A DNA stretch of 55,120 nucleotides. It comes from an uncultured Thermotogae bacterium (lineage in GTDB: Bacteria; Bipolaricaulota; Bipolaricaulia; M55B111). Position numbers and translations under genes: made by a program. The DNA lies in assembly GCA_964649445.1 (NCBI GenBank), contig CAZYPS010000001.1:1-55120 (forward strand), in the 5' to 3' direction. A model generated the notes under the pieces. The model was given only the letters and a program-made list of their open reading frames with translations, was not told the origin of the DNA and did not search any database. This document shows positions 36,726 through 45,936 of the stretch, piece by piece; within the stretch, counting starts at the first letter, position 1, and each line of letters begins with the position of its first letter.

Positions 36726-37877
36726 ATGAATGAACTGGTCTATTTAGATCACGCAGCGACAACTCCGGTTGCGAAGTCCGTAAAGAAAAAGATGTCAATT
36801 TTCTTCCGGGAAAAGTTTGGAAACCCTTCAAGTCTTTATTCTACTGCAAACGAGGCAAAAAGGGAAGGGCTGGAGAGAAGTCGGGAAAGGATTTCAAATT
36901 ATCTGGACGTAAGGTCGGACGAGATCATTTTTACCTCGGGTGCCACGGAATCGGATAATCTCGCCATTAAAGGCGTCGCTTTTTCAAAGGACGAGTCCGC
37001 TCACTTTATTACTTCGGAAATCGAACACCATGCGGTTCTCCACGCTTTTGAGTGGCTGGAAGATCAGGGGCACGATGTCTCCTATCTCGAAGTTGACGAA
37101 GACGGATTCGTCAACCCGGAAGATCTAAAAAATGCTCTGCGCAATGATACTGCCCTCGTCTCCATCATGTACGCTAACAACGAGATTGGCACTGTCCAAC
37201 CCATCGGAGAACTGGCGAAGATTGCAGAGGAAAACGGATCACTGTTTCACACGGATGCGGTTCAAGCTTATGGGAAGTTCCCGCTGGATTTAGAATACGT
37301 TGATATGCTCTCGGCTTCGGGTCATAAGATTTATGGGCCTAAAGGAGTTGGACTGCTTTATCGGCGCAAGGGAGTAAAGTTAAAGCCGTTGATTCATGGA
37401 GGGGGACACGAGAGCGGCCTTAGAAGCGGCACGGAGAATGTGCCCGGAGTTGTCGGATTGGCAGAGGCTACAGAGCTTATGGCCGAAGAACAGAAGGAAG
37501 AAATCCCCCGCCAGAAGGAGTTGAGGGATAGGATAATTGATCGAGTACTGGATATACCTGATGCGAGGTTGAACGGGCCTGAAGATAACAGACTGGCAAA
37601 TAACGCCAACTTCAGTTTTAAGGGGATTGAAGGGGAGTCGATAGTAATGAAGCTCGACAACCGGAATATTGCTGCCAGCACAGGGTCGGCTTGTTCCTCG
37701 CCCAGTCTCGAACCCAGTCACGTCCTTCTTGCCATTGGTCTTCCTCTTTCACTTGCTCACGGGAGTTTGAGGCTCACTCTGGGTAGAGAAACAACGGAAA
37801 AAGAGGTCGACTATTTGCTGGAGGAACTCCCCGAGGTCATTGAGGAACTACGAAAGGCTTCCCCTTTATCGAATTAA
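36726..37877 (+). CDS. iscS: Cysteine desulfurase (IscS/NifS class)
   Basis: YLDHAATTP, the PLP-Lys region SASGHKIYGPKG and the active-site loop SACSS. I preferred the ATG at 36726 (behind GGTGG) over the TTG at 36714. Confidence 0.9.
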   Translation: MNELVYLDHAATTPVAKSVKKKMSIFFREKFGNPSSLYSTANEAKREGLERSRERISNYLDVRSDEIIFTSGATESDNLAIKGVAFSKDESAHFITSEIEHHAVLHAFEWLEDQGHDVSYLEVDEDGFVNPEDLKNALRNDTALVSIMYANNEIGTVQPIGELAKIAEENGSLFHTDAVQAYGKFPLDLEYVDMLSASGHKIYGPKGVGLLYRRKGVKLKPLIHGGGHESGLRSGTENVPGVVGLAEATELMAEEQKEEIPRQKELRDRIIDRVLDIPDARLNGPEDNRLANNANFSFKGIEGESIVMKLDNRNIAASTGSACSSPSLEPSHVLLAIGLPLSLAHGSLRLTLGRETTEKEVDYLLEELPEVIEELRKASPLSN

Positions 37878-37906
37878 ATTAGAAAGACCGCTTAGAGGTG
37901 GTAATA

Positions 37907-38407
37907 GTGTACTCAGAGAAAGTAATGGAACACTTCAATAACCCCCGGAACCAGAGAAAGATGGAAAATCCCGACGCAATAGGGAAAGTTGGAAATGCTC
38001 TCTGTGGGGACGTTATGTGGATTTACATTAGGGTGAATGAAAATGAAGAAGGAGACGAAATTATTAAGGATATCTCCTGGGAGACATTTGGCTGCACTGC
38101 GGCTATAGCCACGTCTTCTATGGTGACGGAACTGGCGAAAGGTGAAAAACTGAAAAAAGCTCTGGAGATAAGTAACGAAAAAGTTGCGGAAGAGTTGGAC
38201 GGACTACCTTCCGTTAAAATGCACTGCTCCAACCTGGCGGCAGACGGTTTAGTGGAAGCAATTTACAATTACCTGGACGGCAGTGAAAAAGAAATTCCCG
38301 AAGACCTGAAAGAGAAACATGAGCAGATAAAGCAGCATATGAAAAAAGTCGAAGAGGAGTACGGGGATTACGTTGAGATGGAAGAGGAAATGCATAAAGC
38401 TAATTAA
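37907..38407 (+). CDS. iscU: Fe-S cluster assembly scaffold IscU/NifU-like
   Basis: YSEKVMEHFNNPRN, GNALCGD, FGCTAAIA and KMHCS. The GTG at 37907 lies 5 nt after GAGGTGG. The track start is at 37898. Confidence 0.88.
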   Translation: MYSEKVMEHFNNPRNQRKMENPDAIGKVGNALCGDVMWIYIRVNENEEGDEIIKDISWETFGCTAAIATSSMVTELAKGEKLKKALEISNEKVAEELDGLPSVKMHCSNLAADGLVEAIYNYLDGSEKEIPEDLKEKHEQIKQHMKKVEEEYGDYVEMEEEMHKAN

Positions 38408-38500
38408 TTGGTCTCACCAGTAAGAAAATTTGCCTCTAAGGTTTTAGCCGATGTATATAGGGGTTTTCAGCCTCCGCAGTTTCCCCTAAAAAGGAGGATC

Positions 38501-39328
38501 ATGAAATTAGTTTTTTCCGAAGAAGCTTTACAATACCGTTCTGCCGGGCACCCCGAAAGCCCGGAACGAGTAAAGACAGCTTATAATTATTTAAGGACAA
38601 AATACGAGATAATTGAACCTACTCAGGCTTCAGTCGATGACCTCCTTCTCGTTCACGATAGGGATTTCGTCCAGAGTGTCAGAGACGGAAGTTTTTCTGA
38701 TCCTGATTGTCCCAAGTACGAAGATCTCTTCTTTTACTCTACTCTTTCCGCAGGTGGAGCAATCACCGCACAGAAAAACCAGGCTATGTCTATAATGAGA
38801 CCTCCCGGACATCACGCAGGGCGGGACTTTCTCGGGGGTTTTTGTTATTTTAACAATTTAGCAATAGCGGTCGAGAAATCCGGATTAAGGACTTTAATAG
38901 TTGATTTTGACGCTCATCACGGAAATGGAACGGAAGACATATTTCTGGGTCATGAGGACGTCACGTACCTTTCACTTCATCGGTCGCCTGGTTTCCCTGG
39001 AACGGGTCAGGAATCCCACCAAAACGCCATCAATTATCCGATTCCGGCTACCACGGGTGACGAGAAATTCCTGGACTTATTGAGCGAGGAACTTGGACGA
39101 CTAGATGAAAAAAATTTCAGCCAGATGGCACTATCATCCGGGTTTGACGGACATAAAGACGACCCATTGGCTTCCGTCGGACTTTCCACTTCCGCCTTCG
39201 AAGAAATTGGTAAGATGTTGAGGGATATGGATCTTCCTACTTTCGCCGTTCTGGAAGGTGGTTACGTCGGGGAAGATTTGGGAAGAAATATAGATGCCTT
39301 TCTCAGAGGTTTTAACGACCAGGATTAA
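38501..39328 (+). CDS. Histone deacetylase-family amidohydrolase (AcuC/acetylpolyamine deacetylase-like)
   Basis: RPPGHHA, DFDAHHGNGTEDIF and EGGY. The ATG at 38501 lies behind AAGGAGG. Confidence 0.85.
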   Translation: MKLVFSEEALQYRSAGHPESPERVKTAYNYLRTKYEIIEPTQASVDDLLLVHDRDFVQSVRDGSFSDPDCPKYEDLFFYSTLSAGGAITAQKNQAMSIMRPPGHHAGRDFLGGFCYFNNLAIAVEKSGLRTLIVDFDAHHGNGTEDIFLGHEDVTYLSLHRSPGFPGTGQESHQNAINYPIPATTGDEKFLDLLSEELGRLDEKNFSQMALSSGFDGHKDDPLASVGLSTSAFEEIGKMLRDMDLPTFAVLEGGYVGEDLGRNIDAFLRGFNDQD

Positions 39329-39338
39329 AGATCGCTAA

Positions 39339-40196
39339 ATGAAAATACTTGCTTATTCCAAAGCTCTATATTCCAGCTGGCTCTACTATAGCCCGGACAG
39401 GATACTGTTTGATGCCGGTGAAAGTGTAAGCAGCATAATGGGTAACAAATCATTTGCTGTAGAAAATGTCTTTCTCTCACATGGCCATATCGATCATATA
39501 GCCGGACTTGTCAGCCTCGTCAATATTAGGAATAACGCCATGGGCGACAAAAAAAAGCCGTTGACAATATACTATCCCCGGAATAATTTCCATATTTCCG
39601 AGTTGATAAACTACCTTAGTCGAACCAACAATAACGTCCAGTACCCTCTCAACTGGGTACCAATTGAAGCGGGTGAGGAGATTCAGGTTTACGGCGAGGA
39701 CGGTTCTAGAAACCCCAGGTATGTTCGGACTTTTTCTACCGAGCATTCCAGAAGCGAGGTTTCGCTGGGTTACAATATTATTGAAGAACGTCAGCGCTTG
39801 AAGGACGAATACAGCGACTTCTCCCAGGAAGAAATCAAGGAACTGGCCGAACGGAAAGGCAGGGACGGACTAACGGAGTCTTACAGGCAGAAAATATTTA
39901 CTTACGGCGGTGACTCCGTTCCTCTGGACCCGGAGAAGATAGTAGACACGGAAGTGTTGTGTCACGATTGTACCTTCCTCGAAGAAGAAGACAGAAAAAT
40001 GTATAAACACGCCACGTTAGGGGAGGCAATAAAGGTTGCCAAGGAAGCTGGAGTGAAGAAGAAATTTATTGGCCTTCATATTTCTTCCAGATACAAAGAC
40101 AGAATTCATGAACTCAAAAAGGAAGTTATGCTCGCGGAAGAACCCCAGTTCGACGTGGAACTCGTCCCGCCAGGAAGAATTTATCGCGAAGATTGA
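39339..40196 (+). CDS. MBL-fold metallo-hydrolase (RNase Z-like)
   Basis: HxHxDH motif (SHGHIDHIAG) plus downstream His/Asp ligands. Confidence 0.7.
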   Translation: MKILAYSKALYSSWLYYSPDRILFDAGESVSSIMGNKSFAVENVFLSHGHIDHIAGLVSLVNIRNNAMGDKKKPLTIYYPRNNFHISELINYLSRTNNNVQYPLNWVPIEAGEEIQVYGEDGSRNPRYVRTFSTEHSRSEVSLGYNIIEERQRLKDEYSDFSQEEIKELAERKGRDGLTESYRQKIFTYGGDSVPLDPEKIVDTEVLCHDCTFLEEEDRKMYKHATLGEAIKVAKEAGVKKKFIGLHISSRYKDRIHELKKEVMLAEEPQFDVELVPPGRIYRED

Positions 40197-40328
40197 ATAT
40201 CTCCTAAATCGACATTTCAACCGCAAAGTTAGCATTCCGAACTACATCTATCCCCCGGAATACTCCGGATTCTACTAAGAATTTGCCCGTAGCTTAACTT
40301 GGTTGTTGGAAAGAAAGTTCCGGGCAAG

Positions 40329-41003
40329 TTAACTGGCTGGTAGAACGTAGAAGTAGATCGCGTAGAAGTGACTGACGCTTCCCCCCATTACGAATAAATG
40401 CCAGATCATGTGGTTATAAGGGAGGCTGTGCCAGCCCAGGAAAATTAGTCCCACAAGGTAAATAAAGCTCCCGAGCAGGACCCAGAAGAATCCCGTGAAA
40501 GGTAGCCCCAGATAAAGCTGTTTCATTATTAAAGTGGAAAGGGACCCCATGATTACGTAAGTGCTGGCTTCGAACCTGGGATACCTGTTTATAAAAAAGA
40601 TCTTAAAAATGACTCCCCCGAAAGCGAAAGCCCAGACCAGGGAAAACATGATCCAGCCAAGAGTCGTCTTCAGAGTTATTAGTAGCAATGGAGTGAAAGT
40701 GCCCGCTACCAGGAAATATATTGTCCCATGATCGACAAATTGAAGGATTCTTTTATATTTTTTCTCGGGCACGATGTGATAGAGGGTTGAGGCTAAGTGG
40801 GCAAGTATCAAGGAAGAACCGAATATTACCACACTTGCGAGTCGCAATTGGTCCTGGAGAGGAAGAGTTCGGAGGATCATCAGGATCAACCCGACTACGC
40901 TCAGAGCCGTCCCCAGTCCGTGAGAGATACCATTGGCTATTTCTTCTTTCCTCGTGTGTAATAGCCGAAATTCTGCACCCTCTGGTCGGTCGTCGAAAAT
41001 CAT
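40329..41003 (-). CDS. Hemolysin III / PAQR-family membrane protein
   Basis: 7 TM segments. Motifs ANGISHGLG, LASTLYH and HLFVMGGSVSHF. Confidence 0.8.
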   Translation of the reverse strand: MIFDDRPEGAEFRLLHTRKEEIANGISHGLGTALSVVGLILMILRTLPLQDQLRLASVVIFGSSLILAHLASTLYHIVPEKKYKRILQFVDHGTIYFLVAGTFTPLLLITLKTTLGWIMFSLVWAFAFGGVIFKIFFINRYPRFEASTYVIMGSLSTLIMKQLYLGLPFTGFFWVLLGSFIYLVGLIFLGWHSLPYNHMIWHLFVMGGSVSHFYAIYFYVLPAS

Positions 41004-41004
41004 C

Positions 41005-41967
41005 TTACTGCAGCTTTGCCTCCAGTTTTTCTATCATATCTTTTACCATGGATTCTAGCTCGTAATTAGGCTCCCAGCCCCATTCCTCTCTGGCGGGTGT
41101 ATCGTCCAAAGAATCCGGCCAGGAATCGGCGATTTTCTGTCGCTCATCAGGTTGAAAGTCATAGGTAAAACCGGGAATAAATTCCTCTATCTTCCGGGCC
41201 AGTTCCCCGGCTGAGAAACTCATTGAGGATACGTTAAAATCGCAATGGTGCTCAAGGTCCTCGAGGTCAGCCTCGGCCAGGTCTATCAGGGACTTCACAC
41301 AATCCGGCATATACATAAGCGGAAGGGTTGTATCTTCCCGGACGAAGAAAGTGTAATGTCCTTCTTCGATCGCTTCATAAAATACTTCCACCGCGTAATC
41401 CGTCGTCCCACCCCCGGGGAGCGTTTTCGAACTGATTATACCAGGAAGTCTGAGACCTCGCACGTCGAGTCCAAATTTGTGGTAGTAGTAATTACCGAGC
41501 AGCTCGTCGGTAACCTTGGTTACCCCGTACATCGAAGTTGGCCGAAGGATGGTTTCGTTTGGTGCGTTCTTATTTGGTACTTCTGGTCCAAAAACCCCAA
41601 TCGAGCTAGGAATAATTATCCTGGTTAAATCCAGTCGGACGCCAAGTTCAAGTAATTCGAAAAAACCAAGAACGTTTACCTTAAATGCTTTAGCCGGATT
41701 TTCTTCCCCCTTGGCGGATAGGATGGCGGCTAAGTTGAAAACGGAGTCGATATCGTACTTCTCTATAAGTTCTAATGTTTTGTCTCTATCCAGAACGTCC
41801 AGTTCTTCAAGTGGACCCCGGGCAAGCTCCTCGTCGGGCTCCTCGGTTGAAAGGTAGGTGGCAACCACTGATTCGTTACCGTACTTTTCTCTTAGAGCAG
41901 GAGTAAGTTCAGAGCCTATCTGTCCCGTCGCACCGATAACCAAAATATTATCCATTTCTCCAACCAT
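41005..41967 (-). CDS. tdh: NAD-dependent L-threonine 3-dehydrogenase, SDR/epimerase-like type
   Basis: Rossmann motif ILVIGATGQIGSEL and YGVTK (Y-x3-K). It is divergent from kbl. I trimmed the start to the ATG at 41967, 7 nt after GGAGGG. The long track ORF would overlap kbl. Confidence 0.7.
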   Translation of the reverse strand: MVGEMDNILVIGATGQIGSELTPALREKYGNESVVATYLSTEEPDEELARGPLEELDVLDRDKTLELIEKYDIDSVFNLAAILSAKGEENPAKAFKVNVLGFFELLELGVRLDLTRIIIPSSIGVFGPEVPNKNAPNETILRPTSMYGVTKVTDELLGNYYYHKFGLDVRGLRLPGIISSKTLPGGGTTDYAVEVFYEAIEEGHYTFFVREDTTLPLMYMPDCVKSLIDLAEADLEDLEHHCDFNVSSMSFSAGELARKIEEFIPGFTYDFQPDERQKIADSWPDSLDDTPAREEWGWEPNYELESMVKDMIEKLEAKLQ

Positions 41968-42114
41968 ACATAAACCCTCCAGAAGTTTTTTCCAATTATA
42001 GAAACAAAAAAAGTGGCAGGCAACTATTTCAGGAGCTCCACCGACTCTTTTCCATTTGACCCCGATACCTGGCTTCGGTATCCTTAATGAAAAGAAAAAT
42101 TTGAGGTGAGGCGT

Positions 42115-43332
42115 ATGCCACTTGAGAAGCTGGAGGAGGAGGTTCAACGAAGGTTAAATGAACTCGAAGAAAAGGGGACGCTGAAGGGTGACGAACTGGT
42201 AATTACGGGGATTGAAAAGTCTCCGGACGGAAATGCTCCGCGCTACCGGATCGAGGGGGAAGATGGAGCCTTTTTGAAGATGAATTCAAATTCGTATCTC
42301 GGGTTGCATTTAAACGAAGAGGTGGTTAAGGCCGAAGAAGAAAGTTCGGAAAAATTCGGCTCTGGGCCTGGGGCTGTACGGTTTATTCACGGAACGTATA
42401 AACCTCACGTGGAACTCGAGAAAAAACTGGCGGATTTTCACGGTAAGGAGTCCTGTGTAATTTATTCTTCAGCTTACGCAACTATGACGGGAATTTTGCG
42501 CCCGTTGACGTCGGACAATACGTTGATCCTTTCCGACGAACTTAATCATAACTGTATAATCAACGGGATAAGGATGGCCAAGCCAAAAGGGAAAGATATC
42601 TACTCTCATCTCGATATGGATAGCCTGGCAGGAAAACTACAGGATGCAGTAGACACCTACGACAGAGTAATCGTAGTTACGGACGGGGTCTTTAGCATGA
42701 GAGGAGATTACCCCGACCTGCCGAAACTGTCAAGTCTCGCCAGAAAATACGATTCGGAATTCAAAGACGGCGTATTTACGATAATGGACGATTCTCACGG
42801 CGTAGGAGCTTACGGAGAAACGGGAAGAGGTACTACCGAAGTAACTGGGGAAGTAGGAATAGATCTAATCGTTTCCACAATGGGTAAATCGCTTGGAGTG
42901 AACGGGGGATATGTTGTCACGAGTGAGACAATTACCCGTTACTTGAGAGAGACATCTCCCTTCTACATATATTCCAATCCGATAACAGCTCCCGAAGCTA
43001 GTGCTGCAATAAAATCCTTGGAAATACTGGATAGTGAGCAGGGAAGGTCCATGCTGTCCCACTTGAGAGAAATGACAAATTACTTTGAAGAGGGGCTAAA
43101 GGATATTGGTCACGAGGTAATTGAGGGACCTCACCCAGTAGTACCGTTGATGATCAGGGATACGAAGGAGACAAAGGATCTCGTAGAATATCTCAAGGTG
43201 AACAAGGTTCTGGCTACTGCTATCGTATATCCTGTCGTCCCACAAGGTGATGAATCCATCAGATTCCAGCTATCTGCCGATCATACAAAAGAAGACCTGG
43301 ATTACGTCCTGGAAACGATAGACCAATTTTGA
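42115..43332 (+). CDS. kbl: 2-amino-3-ketobutyrate CoA ligase (glycine C-acetyltransferase)
   Basis: Alpha-oxoamine synthase family: NSNSYLGL, DDSHGVGAYG and the PLP-Lys region STMGKSLG. The ATG at 42115 lies behind GAGGTGAGG. Confidence 0.85.
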   Translation: MPLEKLEEEVQRRLNELEEKGTLKGDELVITGIEKSPDGNAPRYRIEGEDGAFLKMNSNSYLGLHLNEEVVKAEEESSEKFGSGPGAVRFIHGTYKPHVELEKKLADFHGKESCVIYSSAYATMTGILRPLTSDNTLILSDELNHNCIINGIRMAKPKGKDIYSHLDMDSLAGKLQDAVDTYDRVIVVTDGVFSMRGDYPDLPKLSSLARKYDSEFKDGVFTIMDDSHGVGAYGETGRGTTEVTGEVGIDLIVSTMGKSLGVNGGYVVTSETITRYLRETSPFYIYSNPITAPEASAAIKSLEILDSEQGRSMLSHLREMTNYFEEGLKDIGHEVIEGPHPVVPLMIRDTKETKDLVEYLKVNKVLATAIVYPVVPQGDESIRFQLSADHTKEDLDYVLETIDQF

Positions 43333-43379
43333 ACTGGATCTGTCAATTACCCCGCACCAAACTGATTAAGGGATTTCCT

Positions 43380-43451
43380 CCAGCACTTACTGTGCACTTT
43401 GGGATTGAACTAATAACTATGATTGTAAATCAAGTGTCAAGTAAGTGCTGG
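43380..43451 (-). repeat. Dispersed long-hairpin repeat, copy H5
   Basis: The arms ccagcacttactgtgcac / gtgtcaagtaagtgctgg give 12 bp, a 2x2 mismatch, then 4 bp. The outer 12 nt are identical to the rnpB P12 arm. On the minus strand the loop begins ttgatttaca. Confidence 0.75.
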
Positions 43452-43470
43452 CGGACTTCTTGGACAATAT

Positions 43471-44154
43471 TTGGTGAGTAGAGTGAAGAGTCTGAGTTGT
43501 TCGGATCAGCCTTGCAAAATACTCGACTGCGGATTAACCAAGTACAGGGAGAATTACGAGCTTCAAAAGGAGCTATTTTCCAGGCGACTGGAGGGAAGTG
43601 GGGAGGATACTTTACTAATTACAAGGCACGAACCCACTATTACTATGGGAAAATCCGGCCATGATCGAGATCTACTTGTGAATGAGGACGTGCTATCAGA
43701 CCGGGGGGTTGACTTCGTCGAGATTGATCGCGGTGGAGGAATAACCTACCATGGCCCAGGTCAAATAGTCCTTTATCCAATATTTGATTTAAGGAATTAC
43801 GGAAAGGACCTTAGGGAATTTGTCCGAAAGCTGGGTCTAGCAGCAAAGTGTGCGGTCGATAAGCTGGGGTTAGATACAGTTTTCCGGGAAGGTGATGAGA
43901 TCGGGCTCTGGGTTGAGGGTAAAGAAAGTAAGAAGCTTGGCTCCCTGGGGATAAGAGTGAAGAAGTGGTACACGATGCACGGGCTGGCACTCAACGTCTC
44001 TCTGGATAACGAAAAGGCCGGGTTGATAAGACCATGTGGAATAGGAGGAGCTGAACTAGTGTCGATCGCGGATTTTGTCTGTGATGTTGAGTTGGTCGAA
44101 GTTAAGGAACTATTGATAACGGAATTCCGTCGTAAATTCTTTCACGAGGGCTAG
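43471..44154 (+). CDS. lipB: Octanoyltransferase
   Basis: RGGGITYHGPGQ and the conserved Lys/Cys region (KLGSLGIRV..., RPCG). The TTG start is uncertain. Confidence 0.88.
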   Translation: MVSRVKSLSCSDQPCKILDCGLTKYRENYELQKELFSRRLEGSGEDTLLITRHEPTITMGKSGHDRDLLVNEDVLSDRGVDFVEIDRGGGITYHGPGQIVLYPIFDLRNYGKDLREFVRKLGLAAKCAVDKLGLDTVFREGDEIGLWVEGKESKKLGSLGIRVKKWYTMHGLALNVSLDNEKAGLIRPCGIGGAELVSIADFVCDVELVEVKELLITEFRRKFFHEG

Positions 44155-44156
44155 AT

Positions 44157-45035
44157 ATGAACGCGGAACCTGAATGGATAAAGGCAAGTGCGCCGGGCCC
44201 TGAAAGCGAGGAGAAAGTAGGAGATAAGCTAAAAGAGATAGGTCTGAACACCGTTTGCCGGGAAGCCAATTGTCCCAATCAGGGTGAATGCTGGGGTAAA
44301 GGAACGGCAACCTTTATGATTATGGGGGATGTGTGTACCAGAAACTGCCGTTTCTGCGACGTAAAGTCCGGAAACCCAGAAGGGGCTCTGGCCCATACTG
44401 AACCGGAAAAATTGAAAAGTGCCGTCGAGAAATTCGAACTTGATTACGTGGTTTTAACCTCTGTGGACCGGGATGATCTTGCCAATGGGGGCGCAAACCA
44501 TTTCAAGCGGGTCGTAGAAGGGATAAAAGAGATCTCCAATACTCCACTGGTGGAAGGTTTGATCCCTGATTTTTCAGGAGATGACAGATCTCTTGAATTG
44601 ATATCACGGAGCGGGCTCGATGTAGTAGGGCATAACATCGAAACAGTGGAAAGGTTGAGTCCCGAAGTTAGAGACCGCCGTGCCGGTTACGAACTATCGC
44701 TTTCCGTTCTGGAAAAGATCAACCAACTCACCTCGAACGTCGTTACCAAATCTTCGATAATGTTGGGGCTGGGGGAGGATAAGAAAGAGGTCAAGGAATC
44801 GATGGAGGACCTCCGTGAAGTAGGAGTAGATATAGTAACTCTTGGCCAGTATCTCAGGCCGTCGGAAGACCAACTTCCCGTAGAGGAATTTATAGATACT
44901 TCCGACTTCGAAGCTTTAAAGCGGGCGGGTGAGGAATTGGGATTTTCGAGCGTAGTTGCTGGCCCGTTTGTCAGGAGTTCATATAAAGCCAGAGAGACTT
45001 ACCTGAAAGCTCAATCGAGGGACACGCGATGTTAG
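44157..45035 (+). CDS. lipA: Lipoyl synthase
   Basis: CREANCPNQGEC (auxiliary cluster) and CTRNCRFC (radical SAM CxxxCxxC). Confidence 0.95.
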   Translation: MNAEPEWIKASAPGPESEEKVGDKLKEIGLNTVCREANCPNQGECWGKGTATFMIMGDVCTRNCRFCDVKSGNPEGALAHTEPEKLKSAVEKFELDYVVLTSVDRDDLANGGANHFKRVVEGIKEISNTPLVEGLIPDFSGDDRSLELISRSGLDVVGHNIETVERLSPEVRDRRAGYELSLSVLEKINQLTSNVVTKSSIMLGLGEDKKEVKESMEDLREVGVDIVTLGQYLRPSEDQLPVEEFIDTSDFEALKRAGEELGFSSVVAGPFVRSSYKARETYLKAQSRDTRC

Positions 45036-45075
45036 GCCAACATGGCTTAACTGTGGTCAACTTGAAGACTAATCT

Positions 45076-45936
45076 ATGAGTGTCAAATCAGGACAAACCA
45101 ATAAAATTTTGGCTGACCAGGATCCGGTTAGAGTAATCCAGGATTTTGAACTCAGGGACCCCGCAATTAACATCGGTCTGGAAGAAGCTATTGTAGAGAC
45201 GGTTTCCAGAGGAAGTTCACCTCCGACTATAAGGTTCTGGCGGAATCCTCATTCGGCAATTATCGGAAGATCGCAGGAAACTGAAGCAGAGATCGACATC
45301 CGGAATTGTAAGTCCGCTGAAATTCCGATAATTAGAAGACCTACCGGGGGCGGGGCAGTACTTCATCACTCAAACAACCTTAACTACTCTATATATCTAC
45401 CGAAAAGTTCAAGGTTTAACGTGGAAGAAGAATCGGTAAAAATGTCTGAGCCCGTGGCTTCCGCCCTCTCCGATTTCGGTCTAGATGTTAGAGTAGAAAC
45501 CAACGGGCTGTTTTCCGGTCGGATCAAGATCGGAGGGACGGCTCAATCCCGACGCCGGGGTCTGTTGCACCACGGAACGCTGCTGGTAAGAAGGGACAGT
45601 ATAATCGAAGAAATGTCATCATTCCTCAGGGCTGGAGAAGGTAGATATAGTAAAGCGGTATCTCGAGTTGCCTCGAAGCCCGATCCGGTATCAAATCTGG
45701 AAAAACTTATGAATGGAAGGGTTAGGTTGGGCGATCTAACCAGGAGTATTACCCGTAAGCTAGCAGTGGCCCTGAATCGGAGTCCTACTAATGGACGTAT
45801 TAGCGATGAGGAATGGAGAATTGCATCTTATCTTGCTGATTTCAAGTACTCTTCGCCGGAGTGGAATTTTAGGTTTCGCGAAGAGGGCGGAGAGGAAGAC
45901 TTACTTAAGAAAACTGGAAGTGGGGGTTTCGCATGA
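45076..45936 (+). CDS. Lipoate-protein ligase family protein (BPL/LPL catalytic domain)
   Basis: RRPTGGGAVLHH and the conserved Lys in RIKIGGTAQ. Confidence 0.75.
   Translation: MSVKSGQTNKILADQDPVRVIQDFELRDPAINIGLEEAIVETVSRGSSPPTIRFWRNPHSAIIGRSQETEAEIDIRNCKSAEIPIIRRPTGGGAVLHHSNNLNYSIYLPKSSRFNVEEESVKMSEPVASALSDFGLDVRVETNGLFSGRIKIGGTAQSRRRGLLHHGTLLVRRDSIIEEMSSFLRAGEGRYSKAVSRVASKPDPVSNLEKLMNGRVRLGDLTRSITRKLAVALNRSPTNGRISDEEWRIASYLADFKYSSPEWNFRFREEGGEEDLLKKTGSGGFA

Noticed and set aside
40557-40568. A 12-mer, gtaagtgctggc, identical to the 3' arm of hairpin copy H5, lies inside the hemolysin III gene.
   Set aside because: No complementary arm is nearby. It lies in a conserved-looking TM-coding segment (…EASTYVIMG…). 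I treat it as chance.
41968-42147. Long N-terminal extensions of track ORFs: tdh 41005-42147, nucleotidyltransferase 22758-23906, trpB2 19890-21314, wecB 30270-31511 and HD 456-1289.
   Set aside because: The extensions lack homology-like sequence and overlap neighbouring genes or promoters. For four of the five genes the internal start has a well-spaced GGAGG-type SD and matches the family N-terminus. For wecB the ATG at 31397 rests on the family N-terminus alone (no clear SD).
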